From Leptospirillum sp. (GTDB taxonomy: Bacteria; Nitrospirota; Leptospirillia; Leptospirillales; Leptospirillaceae): 64,000 bases of DNA. The position numbers and the translations under genes are program-made. Of this stretch, positions 60,742 to 64,000 are shown one piece after another (position 1 is the stretch's first letter; every line of letters starts with the position of its first letter). Location of the stretch: positions 2,115 through 66,114 of the forward strand of contig DAHWBS010000001.1 of the NCBI GenBank assembly GCA_027323445.1, written 5' to 3'. Below the pieces are notes generated by a model. It saw only the letters and a program-made list of their open reading frames with translations. It was not told the origin of the DNA and did no database searches.

Positions 60742-61065
60742 ATGATCAGCATGTCAGAAAAAGCAGTTGAAAAAGTCAGTGAATATCTGACTTCAGAAAA
60801 CAAAGCCGGTTATGGTCTTCGTGTTTATGTTTCAGGCGGAGGTTGCCACGGTTTTCAATATGGAATGGCTTTTGAAGAGGCTCCTGGAGAAATGGATCAG
60901 GTTATTGAAGAGTCTGGCGTGAAACTTTTCATCGATGCGCAAAGCTATCCCTTGCTCGATGGTGCTGAAGTGGACTATGTCGAGAATCTCTATGGATCCG
61001 GTTTTGCGATCAAGAACCCAAATGCCAAGAGTTCCTGTGGTTGTGGAAGCTCTTTTTCAACCTAG
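60742..61065 (+). CDS. erpA: A-type Fe-S carrier (ErpA/IscA/HesB)
   Basis: LRVYVSGGGCHGFQY, NPNAKSSCGCGSSF. Confidence 0.9.
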   Translation: MISMSEKAVEKVSEYLTSENKAGYGLRVYVSGGGCHGFQYGMAFEEAPGEMDQVIEESGVKLFIDAQSYPLLDGAEVDYVENLYGSGFAIKNPNAKSSCGCGSSFST

Positions 61066-61066
61066 G

Positions 61067-61723
61067 TTGAAGAGAGTTTATCTGCTTCTGCTTTTTTGCT
61101 TGTGGTTCTTCAGACCAAGAAAGGGCTCCCTGTTTTTTGTGGGAGCCCTTTCTTTCGTTTTTGCTTTCATGTTTGTCTCCACCTTTATTCCCCTGTCTTT
61201 TTCCGAGGATTGGTGTCATTCGAATCAGGATGTTCTGGCTGCTTATATTTTCGATCATAACCGCGTTCATCTCTCCCGAAAACAGGCCGGGAGCATTTCT
61301 GGTGAAATCGTTCGACAATCAGTCCTTCTAGGTGTTCCCGTTGATTTGGGTGTTGCCATTATGGAGAAAGAGTCCTCTTTTAATCCAGAAGCAATAAATA
61401 GGCTTTCTGGTGACTATGGATTGTTTCAAATTCATTACTCGTTCTGGAAAAAACACTTTGCTCGCAAAAAGGGATCACGGTTATGGGCCCTTTCTCCTAA
61501 GGACTTGTACCAGATCAATGTTAATGTGAGAGTCGGGATGATGATTATTAGACATGATCTGATTCTGTCTCACGGATCCGTTTCCGGAATGATTGGGTTG
61601 TATAGTGGTCGAAGAGGAGATGAGAGGGAGCGGTATGTTTTGAGTGTTTTGGTTAATGAGGCCAGACTCAGAGAATACGAGAAAAGGGCCGGATCCCTTT
61701 CGCAATTGCGCTGGCCGAATTGA
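61067..61723 (+). CDS. Lytic transglycosylase SLT-domain protein (start uncertain)
   Basis: IMEKESSFNPEAIN, DYGLFQI, NVRVG, YSG. Confidence 0.8.
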   Translation: MKRVYLLLLFCLWFFRPRKGSLFFVGALSFVFAFMFVSTFIPLSFSEDWCHSNQDVLAAYIFDHNRVHLSRKQAGSISGEIVRQSVLLGVPVDLGVAIMEKESSFNPEAINRLSGDYGLFQIHYSFWKKHFARKKGSRLWALSPKDLYQINVNVRVGMMIIRHDLILSHGSVSGMIGLYSGRRGDERERYVLSVLVNEARLREYEKRAGSLSQLRWPN

Positions 61724-61729
61724 TGTGTT

Positions 61730-63103
61730 TCATTTTGAGATGATTTCCTGTTCGGATGGTTCGATCCGGTCTTTTGGTGAAGAGGCTCTGTTGCGACCAG
61801 AGTATTTTGAGTTATAGAGCATTTGATCAGCCAGTGACAAAAGTCCGATCAGATGAGGTGCATGTTCCGGGTAAGAGGCAATTCCAATACTGACGGTCAG
61901 ACGTATATCCGGGTATTTTATAAACGTTAATTCTTGAACCTTCTTCAGGATTCTTTCCGCGATGATTTTTGCCGTTTTTATAGTGGTTCCTGGCAGAATG
62001 AGCAAAAACTCTTCTCCTCCATAACGTCCTATGCGATCTTCGGAGCGAAGAGCTGCCGAGATACTCCTTGTCAGCTCAATCAAAACCTCGTCTCCGGCAA
62101 GGTGGCCGAATTTGTCATTGACTTTCTTGAAATGGTCAAGATCGACCATGAGAACGGACAGGCTGCTTCCTTGAAGTTTGGTTTGAGCAATTTCATTTGA
62201 AAGTATTTCTTCGATAGAAGCTCTGTTATAGGCACCGGTCATGGTGTCAAAATCGGCCTTCTTTTTGAGTGCAAAATGGTTTTTGTGGAGGGAAAAACTT
62301 GTTCCTAAAAGAGGAAAGCAGAGTTCAATCGCATTTTTTAGTTCTACAGTTGCTTTCATCTCGTGTTTGTCAAGCATATTCGGAATAACAAGAAGAAAAT
62401 GCTTTGGTAATGGTAGCTGGCAGTCAATTGGCAACAGGTAGAAAGGGCTGTTCTGGATAAGTTCCCTGAACTCTGGTGGAGCAAAATCGGGGGAATGGAG
62501 TGTGGTTGGGTTGTTGATGAAGTCGGATTCTCTGAAAAACAGGGGCGGCAGTACAAAATGATGGTCCGTTGCAAGGAAATTCTCTTCGATACTTTTGGCC
62601 TCAATCTGCAGGGTTTTGGATTGCAAATCTGATTTGAGATAGATGGTGACTCTGGCATTTAAAAAATTTCGGGTTGCATTTGAGATCATTTGGGCAAAAG
62701 AAATCTCTGTAGAACCAAGTCGGGTGATTGTCTGAATAAAGGTCTGGAGACGGGTTAGAACAGAAAACAGAGAGAATTTTGCGGTAATCTCCTGCTGAAG
62801 GAGTTCGATGAAGTCAAACGGTAAGGTGGGAGTGTTTTCGGGGACTCCTGCTTGAACCCGATCTTCTTCGTAAAGAACAACATGTGTTTCATGGTGTTCT
62901 TTGATCTCAGGCCAGGATTTTTCGAATGGAATCTGTTCATAGTTAGCAATAAAACAAAAGTCTTCAGAAGGATCAGGATCAATAAAAGCCGAAATTTTAA
63001 ATGGGGAATCCGAAACCTGAATAAGTGTCTGTACCGTCTGTATCCATTCTCGCTGACTTTTTTTTGAAGGACGAATAATGAGCAGTGAAAAAGATTTTTT
63101 CAT
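61730..63103 (-). CDS. Diguanylate cyclase (GGEEF)
   Basis: DTMTGAYNR, DLDHFKKVND.FGHLAGD, RSED (I-site)-RIGRYGGEEF. Confidence 0.92.
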   Translation of the reverse strand: MKKSFSLLIIRPSKKSQREWIQTVQTLIQVSDSPFKISAFIDPDPSEDFCFIANYEQIPFEKSWPEIKEHHETHVVLYEEDRVQAGVPENTPTLPFDFIELLQQEITAKFSLFSVLTRLQTFIQTITRLGSTEISFAQMISNATRNFLNARVTIYLKSDLQSKTLQIEAKSIEENFLATDHHFVLPPLFFRESDFINNPTTLHSPDFAPPEFRELIQNSPFYLLPIDCQLPLPKHFLLVIPNMLDKHEMKATVELKNAIELCFPLLGTSFSLHKNHFALKKKADFDTMTGAYNRASIEEILSNEIAQTKLQGSSLSVLMVDLDHFKKVNDKFGHLAGDEVLIELTRSISAALRSEDRIGRYGGEEFLLILPGTTIKTAKIIAERILKKVQELTFIKYPDIRLTVSIGIASYPEHAPHLIGLLSLADQMLYNSKYSGRNRASSPKDRIEPSEQEIISK

Positions 63104-63150
63104 TTATTCCCCTGAAGATTTTTGGGAGTGCAGGCTTTTATCTTTGAGCA

Positions 63151-64000
63151 TCAGATGGCATCGGTCAAGTTGTCTACCAGGTATTTAAATATTTCTGCAA
63201 ACGTAGGGTGTATGTGAAGAATTTTTTGATAATCCTCAAGGGTTGCGCCTAATGCGATTGCGACATGAATCACATGGATAAGGTCCGAGGCTCCTGGACC
63301 AAACATTTCTGCCCCCAAAATTCTGCGGGTCCCTTGATCGGCAACAATTTTCAGCCATCCGTCAGTTCTCCTGTAAACAATGGCTTTTCCAAGGTCTGTG
63401 AATGGGATTCTGCCGGTGATTACCGAATGGCCTTTATGAATGGCCTCGCTTTCGGATAATCCTGATCGGGCATACTCCGGATCGGTAAAGATAGCGACAG
63501 GGACAGGGGGATCCGGGATGGGAAGGGGCAATTCCCTTGTCGCATTTTCACCAGCCATTTCTCCCTGGAATGTCGCAACATTCAGAACCGGAAGAATTCC
63601 TGTAACATCTCCCGCGGCATAAATATCAGGATTGCTTGTTTGTAATGTAGGGAGAACCTTGATGATATTTTTTTCGCCCGTCTCAATTCCTGCGGCGGCC
63701 AGATCAAGAGAGTGGGTATCCGGTATTCTCCCGATTGCAGACAGAAGGCGGTCAAACGGAATAGATTTTTTTGTACCCTTGTGAATATAGTGCAGGATTG
63801 GGCTTTCCTGGGTCCGTTCGACCCACTCTTTCGTGATGCCCATTTGAATGGAAAGTCCTCTTGCTCTCAAGGCATCGAGATATGCTTCCGAGATGATCCG
63901 GTCAAGTCCATGTCCCCATTCCGGATTGATATTGAGGATGGTAACCTCTGATCCCATGTTGTGAAGGTATTGTCCAAGTTCAAGTCCGACAGGTCCTGTT
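63151..64000 (-). CDS. Dihydrolipoamide dehydrogenase-like flavoprotein disulfide reductase, 5'-truncated by the window edge
   Basis: Frame is open to the window end (..GPVGLELG..); AIGRIP, IYAAGDV, FTDPE, HIHPTFAE. Confidence 0.85.
   Translation of the reverse strand, partial: TGPVGLELGQYLHNMGSEVTILNINPEWGHGLDRIISEAYLDALRARGLSIQMGITKEWVERTQESPILHYIHKGTKKSIPFDRLLSAIGRIPDTHSLDLAAAGIETGEKNIIKVLPTLQTSNPDIYAAGDVTGILPVLNVATFQGEMAGENATRELPLPIPDPPVPVAIFTDPEYARSGLSESEAIHKGHSVITGRIPFTDLGKAIVYRRTDGWLKIVADQGTRRILGAEMFGPGASDLIHVIHVAIALGATLEDYQKILHIHPTFAEIFKYLVDNLTDAI

Noticed and set aside
63151-64000. Mercuric reductase MerA
   Set aside because: The C-terminus lacks the vicinal Cys-Cys pair, and no mer genes are visible.
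1-64000. CRISPR arrays, IS/transposases, integrases, tRNA/rRNA, defence islands
   Set aside because: No spaced repeats, DDE or tyrosine recombinase motifs, or cloverleaf/rRNA signatures were recognised by eye; short or degenerate elements could have been missed.

Overview
Gene-dense 64 kb chromosomal window from a bacterium that, by gene content, most resembles Leptospirillum (Nitrospirota; this is an inference). In order it holds: (1) a UBact/Pup-type proteasome operon (arc, 5'-truncated; dop, ubact, prcB, prcA, pafA); (2) a minus-strand VIT1 / 2Fe-2S ferredoxin / thrB / dihydroorotate dehydrogenase-like unit; (3) an atypical ~9 kb cbb3-oxidase-related cluster. This cluster has ccoO, ccoS, ccoG and DUF420, but no full-length catalytic CcoN. 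It instead carries two 4-helix heme-copper-oxidase-like mini-proteins, a stand-alone CcoP N-terminus, an FGE-fold protein lacking the catalytic cysteines and many micro membrane proteins; (4) NUDIX, ferredoxin and a PAS sigma54 activator coupled to trpEGDCFBA-accD-folC-lptD; (5) nadK and a 0.7 kb intergenic region with a possible structured RNA; (6) an operon joining a GltD/NfnB-type flavo-Fe-S NAD(P)H oxidoreductase to Rieske, split cytochrome b and a tetraheme cytochrome c; (7) assorted housekeeping and transport genes; (8) pyrR-pyrB-pyrC-carA-radical SAM-carB-greA with a putative PyrR leader; (9) a sigma54 promoter driving a zinc-ribbon gene and erpA/iscA, followed by an SLT gene, a diguanylate cyclase and a truncated flavoprotein disulfide reductase. 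I recognised no rRNA, tRNA, CRISPR array or mobile element. All calls come from motif recognition by eye; no database searches were run.
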